A DNA stretch of 63,331 nucleotides, counting the filler, from Globobulimina sp. (Eukaryota), in the NCBI GenBank assembly GCA_003354225.1. It is 37 parts of 37 records of this genome, joined end to end, with 100 filler letters (N's around TTAATTAATTAA, not from the genome) between each part and the next. Parts side by side here need not be neighbours in the genome. Positions count along the whole stretch, not along the records: positions 1 to 1,616 come from PIVH01014076.1; positions 1,717 to 3,332 come from PIVH01014077.1; positions 3,433 to 5,047 come from PIVH01014078.1; positions 5,148 to 6,762 come from PIVH01014079.1; positions 6,863 to 8,477 come from PIVH01014080.1; positions 8,578 to 10,192 come from PIVH01014081.1; positions 10,293 to 11,907 come from PIVH01014082.1; 30 more parts are not named here. One strand, 5' to 3'. Below the pieces are notes generated by a model. It did not search any database, was not told where the DNA came from, and worked only from the letters and a program-made list of their open reading frames with translations. Each line of letters opens with the position of its first letter. Position 1 is the first letter of the stretch. Both the position numbers and the translations under genes were made by a program. Of the stretch, positions 1 to 12,007 are shown piece after piece.

Positions 1-1
1 C

Positions 2-1616
2 CATAAAAAAAGAACACATAACTGCCACATAACAAGCATAATATTACACAGTGGAGACCGAGATATAGGAATCCATTCATTGTATAACTGTCCGAGAAAT
101 CCGAATATCGACCAGCTATTTGATTATCCAATGACTGTGGATCAAAATGTGATTGCTGGCGATTTCAATATCCCAAATACAGTATGGGGCAGTAATAGAT
201 CAACAACAGAATCCAGTAACTTTGTCGATGCGATCCATTTCCATAACCTACAGATCCTTAATATTAATAATCCATCATTCACTCATATACATAAATCATA
301 TGGCACTAAATCCAATATAGACCTCACATTAATCTCCAATGAATTAAAGCATACGAAATGGAACATTCTCCATTCATTATACGATAAAAACTGCTCTGAC
401 CACGTACCGATATTAACTGCGTTCGAAATATCCCATGATTTTGGATTCGAGGAAGAAAGAAAAACGTGGAACTTAGCGAACCAGCCAAAGTGGAACGCCT
501 TCACAAAACAGTTGGAAGACACACTGCAAGAAACAACTTTTGATACAAACCCGAATATATACACAGAACAGCTAACATATCTCATCCTATATGTCGCGGA
601 TCAAACCGTTGGATATAAAACTTTCTACCGAGGCCATAAACCTTGGTGGAGTCGAAAAATAAAGAAACTAAAAAAGAAATGCAAAAGACTGCGACGAAGA
701 ATGCAAAGAATGAAAAGAAATGCCGGGAGATTGCACAAACAATACACCAATTTCCCCAGATATAAGCGTGAAAAAATAAAACTAAATAAATTCCGAATCC
801 TTAAATACAATCAAATTTCCATTGCAAGAGCAAAATATAATGATAAAATAAATAATTATATACAAACGTGTAAGGATTATGGCCGCAGATTCTGGCGAAC
901 CATATCCAACAACAAAACGAATCAAACTGATACTAATAATATACCGCCATTAAACTATAGAAATGTGTCCAATATAACGGACCCAAAGAAACAGGCAAAG
1001 GCGTTGCATGAAGCGATGACGAGACCGCCTAAACCCCCATCAAGCCCAGAACATGAAAAATGGCACGAATACATAAATGATTTTGTCCCAAAATACCTCA
1101 TAAACCACCGTAATAATCCTATTCTAAATAAAAATAACCTCCATAATATAACAAATGATAAAATAAATCAGAGCCAGTCGTCACAAATAAACTACCCATC
1201 CGATATAAACACATCAATCCGATTAATACCAAACCAATACCAAACACTAAATGACCCAATAAGTAAATATGAAATCAGAAACGTAATAAAAAAACTAGAT
1301 ACGCATAAAGCATTCGGTCCAGACAGAATCCACAACCAAATGCTCAAACATGGAGGCGAAGCACTAATTGGATCATTATTACCTCTGTTCAATAATTGTA
1401 TGACACTGGGGACGTTCCCGGGATATTGGAACTTCGCTCATATACTACCAATACCTAAACCAAATAAGGACCATAGCAATCCTAAGAACTACCGTCCCAT
1501 TGCCATCTCGTCGTGCCTTGGAAGGGTTTTTGAGAAAGTCTTAGCAAACAGACTTCAACATTTTTGTGTCTCAAATAGAATATTTAATAATTACCAGTGC
1601 GGCTTTCAGATAAATA
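2..1616 (+). mobile_element. Non-LTR (LINE) retrotransposon ORF2 fragment: APE endonuclease, linker and start of reverse transcriptase; truncated at both ends
   Basis: APE motifs IAGDFN, IDLTL, SDH; RT motifs KAFGPDRI, ILPIPKPNKD, NYRPIAISSCLGRVFEK, QCGF; frame open from contig start. Confidence 0.95.
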
Positions 1617-1716
1617 NNNNNNNNNNNNNNNNNNNNNNNNNNNNNNNNNNNNNNNNNNNNTTAATTAATTAANNNNNNNNNNNNNNNNNNNNNNNNNNNN
1701 NNNNNNNNNNNNNNNN
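1617..1716. other. Artificial contig linker (N44-TTAATTAATTAA-N44); first of 36 copies recurring every ~1714 bp up to 61619-61718
   Basis: Identical 100-bp spacer with stops in all six frames; flanking contigs are unrelated and sorted by length. Confidence 0.99.
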
Positions 1717-2108
1717 CGATTCTAATTATTTATTATTTTTCTTTTTTAACTGAAGTCTTATTTTTTTGTGCAGTTCTGTTTCCTGTAGTATCTCCCGTGA
1801 TTTTTTTTTTATTGTATTTGTTATTTGGAGCATTGTGTGTAACCAATGTTTCCTTCTAATTTTAATATACAATTTTTAAGAGCTTAGCCAACATTTAATG
1901 ATCGGATTCTTTCTAGAAACAACAGAAATGTCCATTTACTAATCTAATTTATGGAAAACCCATAGAAACGAATTTCCACATAAATGATAATTTAGCTTTC
2001 GATACCAAAAATATGTAAATAAATAGTTTGAAAGCCAAACATTATGAAAGTTAAAAGTAAAAAAGAACAGTGTATTACTTGTATATGAATAACTTATATA
2101 TGAAATAA

Positions 2109-2951
2109 TTAGTTGCACTTTAATCTCTTTTGTATTTTACTCAATATATCAGCCACATCATCTATACCTTTTTTAACATCATATTGCAATAATAATCCGC
2201 AGGCTTCATAATATTCAACAATTGGGTTATTTTGCTGATAAAATATCCGTAGCCTTTCCTCAATAATTTCCAATGTATCGTCGATCCGTATTTCTAAATC
2301 ACTTTCGCATTTATCACATATACCCGATATTTTTGGCTCCATTGATGGCATTACGATGTCGCCTTCGTTGATTTGACAAACATTATAATTTGCATTGCAT
2401 TCACTATTTGAACAGACTCTCCGTCCCAACATTTTATTGACTAAAATATGATGAGGTAATTTAAAATATATTCCTAAGTCTAAGGGATATTCGCTCTGTA
2501 ACCTCTCTGCTTGTTGCAATGTGCGGGGAAATCCATCAAATATAAATGAGCCGGATACAACACGTAAAAAATCAATCACAATCGGTATGACAATATCATC
2601 TGATACTAATTTCCCCGTTGCTATACATTCTTTAATGTATTTACCGTTTTCTATGGCTGTTGAATTGGGACAAACTGAACATACGTCAGCTGTTTGTAGA
2701 CATGCGTCTGCAGCATCGCGTAATAAATCGGATGAAGTCATTAATTGTGCATTAAAATGTGGCGCTATTAGTTTACCAAAGGTTCCTTTTCCTACTCCTG
2801 GAGCTCCTAAAAATAATAAGGAATTTCGATCATGACTGAATGAACTTGTTGATGAGCCTGACCATGATGAGAACCGTACAAATGATTTATACTCATATTT
2901 AATTGTAAATGATGATCTGCTTAGTTTCAATATTTTAAAAAAATAAGACAT
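2109..2951 (-). CDS. adk: Adenylate kinase, likely organellar (Ser/Arg-rich N-terminal extension; Cys-containing lid)
   Basis: P-loop GAPGVGKGT, GKLVSDD, DGFPRT, lid GRRVC..C/CDKC, RxDD. Confidence 0.95.
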   Translation of the reverse strand: MSYFFKILKLSRSSFTIKYEYKSFVRFSSWSGSSTSSFSHDRNSLLFLGAPGVGKGTFGKLIAPHFNAQLMTSSDLLRDAADACLQTADVCSVCPNSTAIENGKYIKECIATGKLVSDDIVIPIVIDFLRVVSGSFIFDGFPRTLQQAERLQSEYPLDLGIYFKLPHHILVNKMLGRRVCSNSECNANYNVCQINEGDIVMPSMEPKISGICDKCESDLEIRIDDTLEIIEERLRIFYQQNNPIVEYYEACGLLLQYDVKKGIDDVADILSKIQKRLKCN

Positions 2952-3599
2952 TAAAATAAATGTAGAATGTTAAAGTGTCATACTAGCTAGAGTGCGAAAA
3001 AACTGTAGTGCTGAATTTTGTCAATTATAACCGCTGACATGGTTACTTTCAGCTGCATCGTTTTTATTTTTCACTTTTTTGTAAATTTGTAAAATGTTTT
3101 TGATTTAAGAGGTCACCAAAATGAAGACTTTATGGAAAAAAAATCGATTCTGCATGGAAAGTGTGAGATTACTATTGTTTGTCAGACCATATTTTTAAAA
3201 AGTGTGAGATGGATATACTTTGTCCGACGCTAAAAATACAACTGTCCTTTCCTACGTCATTTGAACACCCCTTTTTTCAAAGACTACACAAAAACAAAAG
3301 CATTTTTTTTTGTGCAAGATTTATAGAACCAGNNNNNNNNNNNNNNNNNNNNNNNNNNNNNNNNNNNNNNNNNNNNTTAATTAATTAANNNNNNNNNNNN
3401 NNNNNNNNNNNNNNNNNNNNNNNNNNNNNNNNGCACGCCAGCGCCGCTGCGAGCGCCGTGAGCGTGAGCGTGAGCGCCGTGAGCGCCGCCGGCTCCCTTC
3501 AGGCAGGTCAATAAGACAGCAACAAGACACAGGGAATGTCCATTCTAACAGGGTTAGGGAAAGTCTGGTCATAACTGGCTGTTTCTCTTTAAATATCCT

Positions 3600-4397
3600 T
3601 TGGTTCCCGGCTCATTCTTAGTGTTATTACTCGCGCGAACCAATACAATTTCAAAAGATGTATCGATTGAGCCATATTTGGCATCGTCCCATGGTTGGTT
3701 ACGTTGGGTCGCCCAAAAAATGTTTGATCGTCCGTGTGGTCCTCGATTTGTTGCCTGGTTTTCTTATTGCATCCTGGTACCAAATATATTAGCAGCAGCC
3801 GCAGACGAATATGGTGTAAATGATAAGTATATTTATAATATAATTAATGGCGTTATTTTAGCTGCGACGGTACCAATGCCGTATATATTTGGCACAAAGA
3901 TTATAGCCGCCATTGGTGACACAAATTACCATGATTATGTATGGAATTTGCCGTATGGTTGGTTTACATTATACTCGTGTTGGTATTTATCGTTTGCATC
4001 GAGTAATTATGCGGACGCGTTGCCGCTTCTTAGCCTGTCACTCATCACGGCGTATACACGGGCCGTAGTAGGATGGCGCAACGATTTATGGTTTCAGACA
4101 CGCGGAGTAACGTTGTCAATTATTGTATTTTGGACATATCCCGATTCGTTTAGTTTTAGTCGATGGTTTCTTAATTATGCGCCGTGGGGAATAGATGTTG
4201 ACGAACATGATAAGTTAATGGATGTTGTCGAATGGTTTGCGTTGGCTACGACGTGTTATGCTGTATTATGGCTTATTTATTGTATATATCAAATGTATAA
4301 AAATATACAAAGTTGGAGGAGTGTAAAACGTGATGAGGAGAACGAGGACTATTATGATAATGATGAGAGTGATTCTGTGCAAGTCCAATTGGTATAA
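3600..4397 (+). CDS. Multi-pass membrane protein, resembling DUF5692; 5' end missing or chimeric
   Basis: Several hydrophobic helices; NIL-AA, NIINGVIL, LWFQTRGVTL pattern recalled from DUF5692; acidic tail. Confidence 0.55.
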   Translation: MVPGSFLVLLLARTNTISKDVSIEPYLASSHGWLRWVAQKMFDRPCGPRFVAWFSYCILVPNILAAAADEYGVNDKYIYNIINGVILAATVPMPYIFGTKIIAAIGDTNYHDYVWNLPYGWFTLYSCWYLSFASSNYADALPLLSLSLITAYTRAVVGWRNDLWFQTRGVTLSIIVFWTYPDSFSFSRWFLNYAPWGIDVDEHDKLMDVVEWFALATTCYAVLWLIYCIYQMYKNIQSWRSVKRDEENEDYYDNDESDSVQVQLV

Positions 4398-4674
4398 ACA
4401 ATTGATTAATTGACAATTATTTTTTTCTTTTTCTCTATTTGTACAGTAAATTTATGTAATATTTGTACAGTTGTTTAGTATGTAATTATCTGAAGAAAAC
4501 AGTTAATATCCTCGCACATCTTCGCACATATTGCCATCTAAAATAAAATTTTCAGTATTAAATCAGAGTGCATTTGACACTTTTAGTGAGGTTATAATTA
4601 TCAATTTCTAAAATTTATATACATATATGGACATATGTTACAATTAAAATTATTAAACTAAAGTTTGTTCTGCT

Positions 4675-4929
4675 TTAAATTTTACATACATTCAATTCAA
4701 TTAATTCATTATCTTCACTATCAATAATGTTAACGTTATTTACGTAGCTCCAATTACGAGTTTTGTTCAAAATAGCTACGATTAATACAATTATTAATAC
4801 AAAAACAATTGCAAATGCTCCAAATGCTCCAAATGCTGCAAATCCAATCCTATCATAATTCCCCCCTTCAAATTCATTATTATTATGATTACTCATATCA
4901 TACAATATCGTGTCAAATCTTTTTGTCAT
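4675..4929 (-). CDS. C-terminal part of a single-pass membrane protein
   Basis: One strong TM helix (FAIVFVLIIVLIVAIL) followed by basic and acidic tail. Confidence 0.45.
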   Translation of the reverse strand: MTKRFDTILYDMSNHNNNEFEGGNYDRIGFAAFGAFGAFAIVFVLIIVLIVAILNKTRNWSYVNNVNIIDSEDNELIELNVCKI

Positions 4930-5147
4930 TATTTTTTCATAATATGCTGTAGCAAATGCTTGGTACGTAATTTTATCCCCCTGGAAAATATTACGAAGTT
5001 ATTTTCTCTCTGGGGTTTTGTAAGAGTTATTGTAGAGCTAGCTGCTTNNNNNNNNNNNNNNNNNNNNNNNNNNNNNNNNNNNNNNNNNNNNTTAATTAAT
5101 TAANNNNNNNNNNNNNNNNNNNNNNNNNNNNNNNNNNNNNNNNNNNN

Positions 5148-5177
5148 AGTGGGCTCATATTTTTGACGCGCACTGTA
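5148..5177 (-). mobile_element. End of a Tc1/mariner-like terminal inverted repeat with TA target site
   Basis: Minus strand reads TA-CAGTGCGCGTCAAAAATATGAGCCCACT; TA|CAGTG start is typical of Tc1 TIRs; only one end visible. Confidence 0.45.
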
Positions 5178-5439
5178 TATACAACTATGTATTCTGAACG
5201 TATCACATTGTTACTATAGCTTAGGGCACGCCAAATTGATACATTGTTCGATGGATTCGCATTTAATTTTCAAAATGTTCCACTACCTTCACTACCTACA
5301 TTTCGTTGAGCTTCGTTGGAGAAGTGGCACCAACAGGGTGCACCGACCGTACTGCCCCCATTGGCTGCCAGTAGTGAAGATGTACTAAAATCACCGGAGC
5401 ATGACCATCCCGAGGACCGAGGGAGATAGGTGGAGCTCG

Positions 5440-6762
5440 GGATTATGAGGAATGTATTGCATATGATAAATCTATGGCATATGAACAATGTATGGCATTA
5501 TTGTGTGTTGGATGAAGGTCATTTAATAAAGAATCCTAAAGCAAAGATATCAATTTCAGTGAAAACAATAGCAAGCAAATATCGATTAATTTTATCAGGA
5601 ACACCAATCCAAAATAATGTGTTAGACCTATGGTCGTTATTTGATTTTTTAATGCCTGGTTTCTTAGGCAATGAGTCGTGGTTTAAAAAGAATTTTAGTT
5701 CTCCGATCATTGCATCTTACAAAGCAAAAGCAAAAAATAATAATAATAAACAAAGAGTGGCTGCACTTAAATTACAGCGTTTACACAAGCAAGTTTTGCC
5801 ATTTATTTTGAGGAGATTAAAGTGCGATGTTTTAAAGGAATTGCCACCAAAAATTATTCAAGATGTTGAAGTGGATATGAGTTCAATACAGAAAACATTA
5901 TATAAACACTTTGTAAATTCCGATAAATTTGAAGCTATTTCATCCATAAATAATACTATGAACACTAAGAATAACAATCAAAGCATGCAATCATTGATAT
6001 ATATGAGGAAATTAGTGGTTCATCCAAAACTAATAATGACTAAACAACATCCATTATTCCACCAAATCTTACACGATTTGCAAAAAGATAATTTATCACT
6101 GGAATGTATTGATATTTCACCAAAATTTGTAGCCTTAAAATCATTAATTGAGCAATGCATTTGTGACAAATCACATCGAATGCTAATATTTGTGCAATAT
6201 CGGCAAGTAATTACATTAATTGAGAGTTTGTTATTAAGTCAATATTTCCCCGATTTGCCATATAAAACATTGACGGGAAAATTAACCAATGCAGAAAGGT
6301 TTGATGTTGTAAAAGAATTTAATGCCAAAAACTCTCGCATTTCATTATTATTATTGACTGTAAATGTTGGTGGATTAGGATTAAATCTTAGCAGTGCAAA
6401 TATTATTATTTTCATGGAACACGACTGGAATCCAATGAAAGACTTACAAGCAATGGATAGGGCGCATCGCATTGGACAAACAAAAACCGTCCATGTGTTT
6501 AGAATTATTGTCAGGAACACAATCGAGTGGGAAATTATGAATAAACAAAGATTTAAACAACATATTGCAAATACTGTTATTTCAAAAGAAAATGCATCTT
6601 TATCATCAATTACAACTGGTTCTGGTTCAATTTTAGATTTATTTTATATGAATAATTCAAAGAATAATAAGAATGATAACGATAATAATGATGGATATGC
6701 GAATGGTGGAGTTGATGCATTGGGTAAAGTTCATGAAAAGACAAAAAAGCAAAAAGCAAGAA
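5440..6762 (+). CDS. BTAF1: TBP-associated SNF2 ATPase MOT1/BTAF1, C-terminal helicase part
   Basis: LDEGHLIKN, LSGTPIQNNVLDLWSLFDFLMPGFLG, LHKQVLPFILRRLK, EHDWNPMKDLQAMDRAHRIGQ. Confidence 0.93.
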
Positions 6763-6922
6763 NNNNNNNNNNNNNNNNNNNNNNNNNNNNNNNNNNNNNN
6801 NNNNNNTTAATTAATTAANNNNNNNNNNNNNNNNNNNNNNNNNNNNNNNNNNNNNNNNNNNNGGATCATTGTCCTTTTCGTAATTTTGCAATCCAAATAA
6901 AACGAATAAAACGAATTACCGC

Positions 6923-8477
6923 ATGGGTCACTGGTTCTCAGCTAATATCGGCTCACTCTCGCTGCAATGCTCTGCTCTCGCAAGTATGAAGTCCATTATG
7001 CTAATATTGCTATTTCTACACATTATGCATATATGTAAAATGAACAAAAAGCATTGACATTGGGTGTGGATTACCATAGGAATTCATCTGCTCTTCAATT
7101 TACATGTCCTACGGCAACTATAAATGATCATTGTTTCCTCCATTGCGATTCTGTGGCCCCTTCTCAATATTTCGATTGTGGTTATAGTGGTTGGTGTACG
7201 TTTCTTTGTGAAGAGCAAAAATGTATTGAATCAGGCACATTAGATGCAACTAACACGTTTCACGAATTAGCAGTGCTATCCTCAGGCCAAGAATGCTTAA
7301 AATGCGCCACTGTCAACGTACCAAATACTGGCAATGCTACCTTTCAAATGACAGAACAAAAATCGTTTAAGGAAATGACTGTTAATGATGGCACAAACAC
7401 ACAAAATATTAAAATCAATTGCACTTTTGGAACAGGTTTATTTTCATATATTATATATTTGTAATTAAATTCATATCAATTCTCAATATATATATACTAC
7501 AAAAATAACAGGCGATGAATGTAAGGCTATGACAGGTTTGTCATCATCTTATTATATCTCTTAAATCCACTACAAACACACTACAAATATAATAGTCAAT
7601 GCTCAAGACACACAATATTTAGAAGTAACAGTTGGCGCTGGATCAATAATTGCCGGTATTTTTACTACAGTATTTTATCATATATTATATATTGAAAAAC
7701 AAAATTTTGTGTTGTTACATGTTACCAGGTGATAAGAATGGCGCCGTACAAATAAATTGTCCCCAAAACAGTTCCTATACTGGACCAGAAGTAGCACCCT
7801 GCATTATTGACGCAGGCGGCGGCGGCGAACTAATCGAGGTGGATATTAATACAATCAACGGGATTGGTGCTGATGTTTGGATAAAAACAGGCCCTGACAC
7901 AGTGTTTACTGATGTAGCGGTTACATGTACTGCTGGTTCAAGCATCAATAATGGAATTACCTTCACTCAGCCTAGTGCGTGTTGGCTCAGCGCGCCACCC
8001 AGCTCCGCGCCCAGCTCATCGCCTCCCAGCTCCTCGCCCAGCTCCTCACCATCCAAAAACCCAACGGCTACCCAAGCTACGCCTACCTCTGCACCTACCA
8101 CTACTGCACCTACTGCCGACGCCTGCACTCAGCCGTGTTTGTCGCAAGCCGCTGACCCCAAACAGTGCACAGCCGCCGTGGTCAATATTCCATGTACGGA
8201 TGGCTACAATGAATGTGCTGCATTATGCATCATCGCAGATGGCATGGCTGACGCTAAAATCACCTATGCAGCTGATCCATTAATAATGGCATATTTGAAT
8301 AGCACAAACACGACAGAAGCATATACTGCATTTTGCAGTGCAGGGTCCTGCAACTCACCCACTGCTGCACCGATAAGAGTGCCCTCCCAATCTCCCATAC
8401 CATCGCCAACAAGACCACCCACCACAGCAGCTCCTACAGACAGCTCTGGCACAGCCAAACCAACGGCAGCTACCACT
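6923..8477 (+). CDS. Cys-rich secreted/surface protein with Pro/Ser/Thr mucin-like stalks; ~4 short introns; 3' truncated
   Basis: Exon ORFs 7080-7435 and 7729-8477, separated by AT-rich GT-AG introns; PSSSPS and PTTAAPT tracts. Confidence 0.7.
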
Positions 8478-8994
8478 NNNNNNNNNNNNNNNNNNNNNNN
8501 NNNNNNNNNNNNNNNNNNNNNTTAATTAATTAANNNNNNNNNNNNNNNNNNNNNNNNNNNNNNNNNNNNNNNNNNNNAAGAAATTAATCAAATCTCAAAA
8601 ATAATAAAAAATAAAAAAAAAGAAATGAAAGATTTAAATATAAATAGATTAAATAATGAAAATAATCAAAAATTTAATATTATTATCAATGTAAATATAT
8701 TCTCCATACAAAAACTTTACTTACTTACTTGCATGCTTTCGTCTTTTCGTTTCTTAGATTTTTTATTATTTACTTATATTTTCGCTCCTATTATTGCTCA
8801 CCTTATCTATTCCAAACTACGCCCAAGTGTATCATACCGTAATACGGTGATACTCTGTAACTTTTATTTAGATACCTTTATCTACGTTTTTATTATTTAT
8901 TGTGACCTTAGCCTTTTTATCAACCAAACAGTTCTATTAAATTTACTTCTATATTTATTTCATTTTCGTTATTTCGCATATCACTGATATTAAT

Positions 8995-10005
8995 ATGACT
9001 GAGGCAAATCAAACTGTTCCAGTTGATCCTGCTACTGGTAGAATTTTAAAGATCCCTTTTTGTGATGTATGTGCCACTACATATAAGGGTGATATGTATA
9101 CAAAAGAGACAACGTGGACTTGCGACACTTGTCATATCCGCTATCCCTTTGCGTATCAACAAAGATCATTAGTAACAGATAAAAATAAAGTTAAATATGG
9201 TGGTAATCCACAAACACGTACACAAACACAAACAAACGACAAGCAACACGTAAACGATGAAAAACATGCACCGATGAACAGTAATAACAGTAACATTGAT
9301 AATAACAGTAACGTTGGTAACGATGTAACCAATGTTTCCATCCAGGCTCCGGTGCAGCAACCACAATCTGTTGCAGCTCCAGTTGGTCTCGACGGTGCTG
9401 ATTCGCCACAGAACACTGCCCATCGCATCCGTTTCCAGTCCCAGATCAATGCCACACAACAGATCATCCGTCGATATGGTAAGCAGTTCATACATTTTAT
9501 TACTGACTCGCGGCAACATGCTTATTATCATTTGCCTTTGGATAAGAATGATTTGTCGAATATTAGCCCCATTTGCAAAGGTTTCATGTTTGTTAAAGGA
9601 CGCAGACGGGCGGCGACCAGATATTGGTATAAGAAAATTATGTTTGATGGAGCTGTGTTACATAATGACCATCTCGATACCATTCGTGCGGAGAAATTAT
9701 TGATGAGTTACAACCTTCGAAATAACATATCCATCGCCAATGATTCTTATTTTTCGTCCTCTTCTGAGCCGGAGAGTGATTTGAAAGTAACAGAGCCGAC
9801 AGTTAACAGTTTGACAGCACAGCAACACAAACCTCCGGGAAAGCATTCGCGTAGTAAACAAACATCAGATTTGCGCCCCGCATTGCAAAGCGCTTCCAAG
9901 ACATCATCAGATTCATTAACAGCTTCTGGGAAAACCTTTTCTACTTCCTGTGCAAACGCCTCTTCCTTCTTCGTTTCTTCTACCTTCTCCGTTTTAGAGA
10001 TGTAG
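8995..10005 (+). CDS. Hypothetical protein with N-terminal CxxC-CxxC zinc ribbon; possibly a retroelement ORF1
   Basis: 336-aa ORF; CDVC...CDTC; low-complexity middle; no introns. Confidence 0.45.
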   Translation: MTEANQTVPVDPATGRILKIPFCDVCATTYKGDMYTKETTWTCDTCHIRYPFAYQQRSLVTDKNKVKYGGNPQTRTQTQTNDKQHVNDEKHAPMNSNNSNIDNNSNVGNDVTNVSIQAPVQQPQSVAAPVGLDGADSPQNTAHRIRFQSQINATQQIIRRYGKQFIHFITDSRQHAYYHLPLDKNDLSNISPICKGFMFVKGRRRAATRYWYKKIMFDGAVLHNDHLDTIRAEKLLMSYNLRNNISIANDSYFSSSSEPESDLKVTEPTVNSLTAQQHKPPGKHSRSKQTSDLRPALQSASKTSSDSLTASGKTFSTSCANASSFFVSSTFSVLEM

Positions 10006-10335
10006 GTAAGGATTTCTTTTGTCGGTTTCCGTCTCTTCTTTTACTTTTCGACGACCTCTGGCTTTGAGAAATCGAAGCAGCCTTTTTCGTTACCATGTTG
10101 CTCACTCACGCTCTCGCTTGAAAGATCATCGCTCGATATGGTCTTTGCGTCTTCATCGGTTACCTGAATCATTTGCGTCGTGGGCTCTTATANNNNNNNN
10201 NNNNNNNNNNNNNNNNNNNNNNNNNNNNNNNNNNNNTTAATTAATTAANNNNNNNNNNNNNNNNNNNNNNNNNNNNNNNNNNNNNNNNNNNNTCAATACC
10301 AATAAAATTCCTCTCGCTTTTTGAAATAAGCCGTC

Positions 10336-11667
10336 ATGAATTTCTATGGAAACGAAATGTCTGTCGAAAATGCATTTGAATGTAAATATGCACCAGTCAG
10401 ATCACAATCATTCAAAGCAGCATGTGATAGATATTCACCATTAGGCACACGAAAAAGTAAAATATTCAGAATGGCTAACACAATATCTGGGAAATTTGGA
10501 TACAAATTAATTCCAACCGAAGAATTCGAGCATATGTCAATTAGAAGAAGTATAGTTTGGCAAAGCCAATACACAGATTTTTTACAACAAGAAAGGCGTT
10601 GCTTAGAACAAGAAGTTCAAAGATTAGCAAATGAAAATAGGATATTATGTCGAACCAATCAAGCAAATATACAAAAATGGAACAAATCTGTAGATAAACA
10701 AAGAGAGAAAACAAAAAGAGAGAAACAAAAAAATAAAGAAGAAACAGGTAAAATGGCAATTAGATGGGAAATGGAGTGGGGACGGCTTGAAAGAAAAATC
10801 GAATATTCCAACGACATACGAAGGATTGTACAAAAAGAAAACGATAAATTCAGGTATTTATTCACATAAAAATTAAATACAAAAATTGTTTCCAAATATA
10901 ATATACAAATATATGTACTTAACTCACCATTAAGACGTGAAATTGCCGAATTAAAGAAAAGAAATCACGCATTAACAATATCGATACCAAAAACGGTCGT
11001 AATTCATATCCAGATCCAAAAATATCGCAATCTCCCAAATAGAACGAGTTCAATTGATATGGCTAATATTGGTGCATTGTTTAGTAAATATAACAGTATT
11101 CTTATTCAAAATAATAAAAAAGAAGTATCATTAAATGACATTGTCGAATTGGCACAGAGAGCAAAAAAGCAATTAGCCAATGTATGGGTAAATGGATTGA
11201 TTTTTATCATTGGAGCACACGGCGATGAACATCATATCATCGATTCCCATTCCACGCCAATGAAAATTAGCGATATTACCGGATTATTTCGAAAAACGTT
11301 TGTAATGACAAATGATGTGTACAACGTTGAAGAAGTTAAACCGCGATTTTTTTTTATTGAGACCGGTGCTGTGCGCGGACAAGCTATGCCATCATTGGCC
11401 AACCAAAAATATCACGACGATGATGATTTTTATGTAATACAATCAAGCAATGAAATGTATGGAACGTGCGGGGATGCGGTAAATGGAAGTTTTTTCATTC
11501 AATCATTAGGTGCTTCGTTTGCAGAGTTAGAGAAACGAACAATTGTTTCTGTCAATGATTTTGGGATATTTATGAGGCGGCGCTTAAAAGAAATCTCCAA
11601 TTCGCGACAAACAATGGCTGTGATCAGAGATACATTGTCAAAAAGGGTGCTATTATCCAGCATCTAA
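10336..11667 (+). CDS. Caspase-like (peptidase C14) protein with coiled-coil prodomain; one intron 10854-10934
   Basis: Splicing joins both track ORFs in frame; LPNRTSSIDMANIGALF, IFIIGAHG, KPRFFFIETGAVRG, GSFFIQSL. Confidence 0.75.
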
Positions 11668-12007
11668 TCATTTTTTTGTAAATTTGTAAATGAATACAAT
11701 TAATTACTATGACTTTTTATTCAATTTTTATTTTGTTTGGAGGATATTGTGTTTTTTCGTCAAGGTTTCTTTTTTTTTTTCAAAATAATACATACACAAT
11801 TTCTGGAGTATATACATAATTATTTTCACTTTGTCTTCGAGAAAACCTTGAGCCACTCAGAAAACTTAGCCATTATACGATTGACGATGGTTGTGGTCGT
11901 GATGATGNNNNNNNNNNNNNNNNNNNNNNNNNNNNNNNNNNNNNNNNNNNNTTAATTAATTAANNNNNNNNNNNNNNNNNNNNNNNNNNNNNNNNNNNNN
12001 NNNNNNN

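Noticed and set aside
3550..3560. GGGTTAGGG telomere-like motif
   Set aside because: Single occurrence
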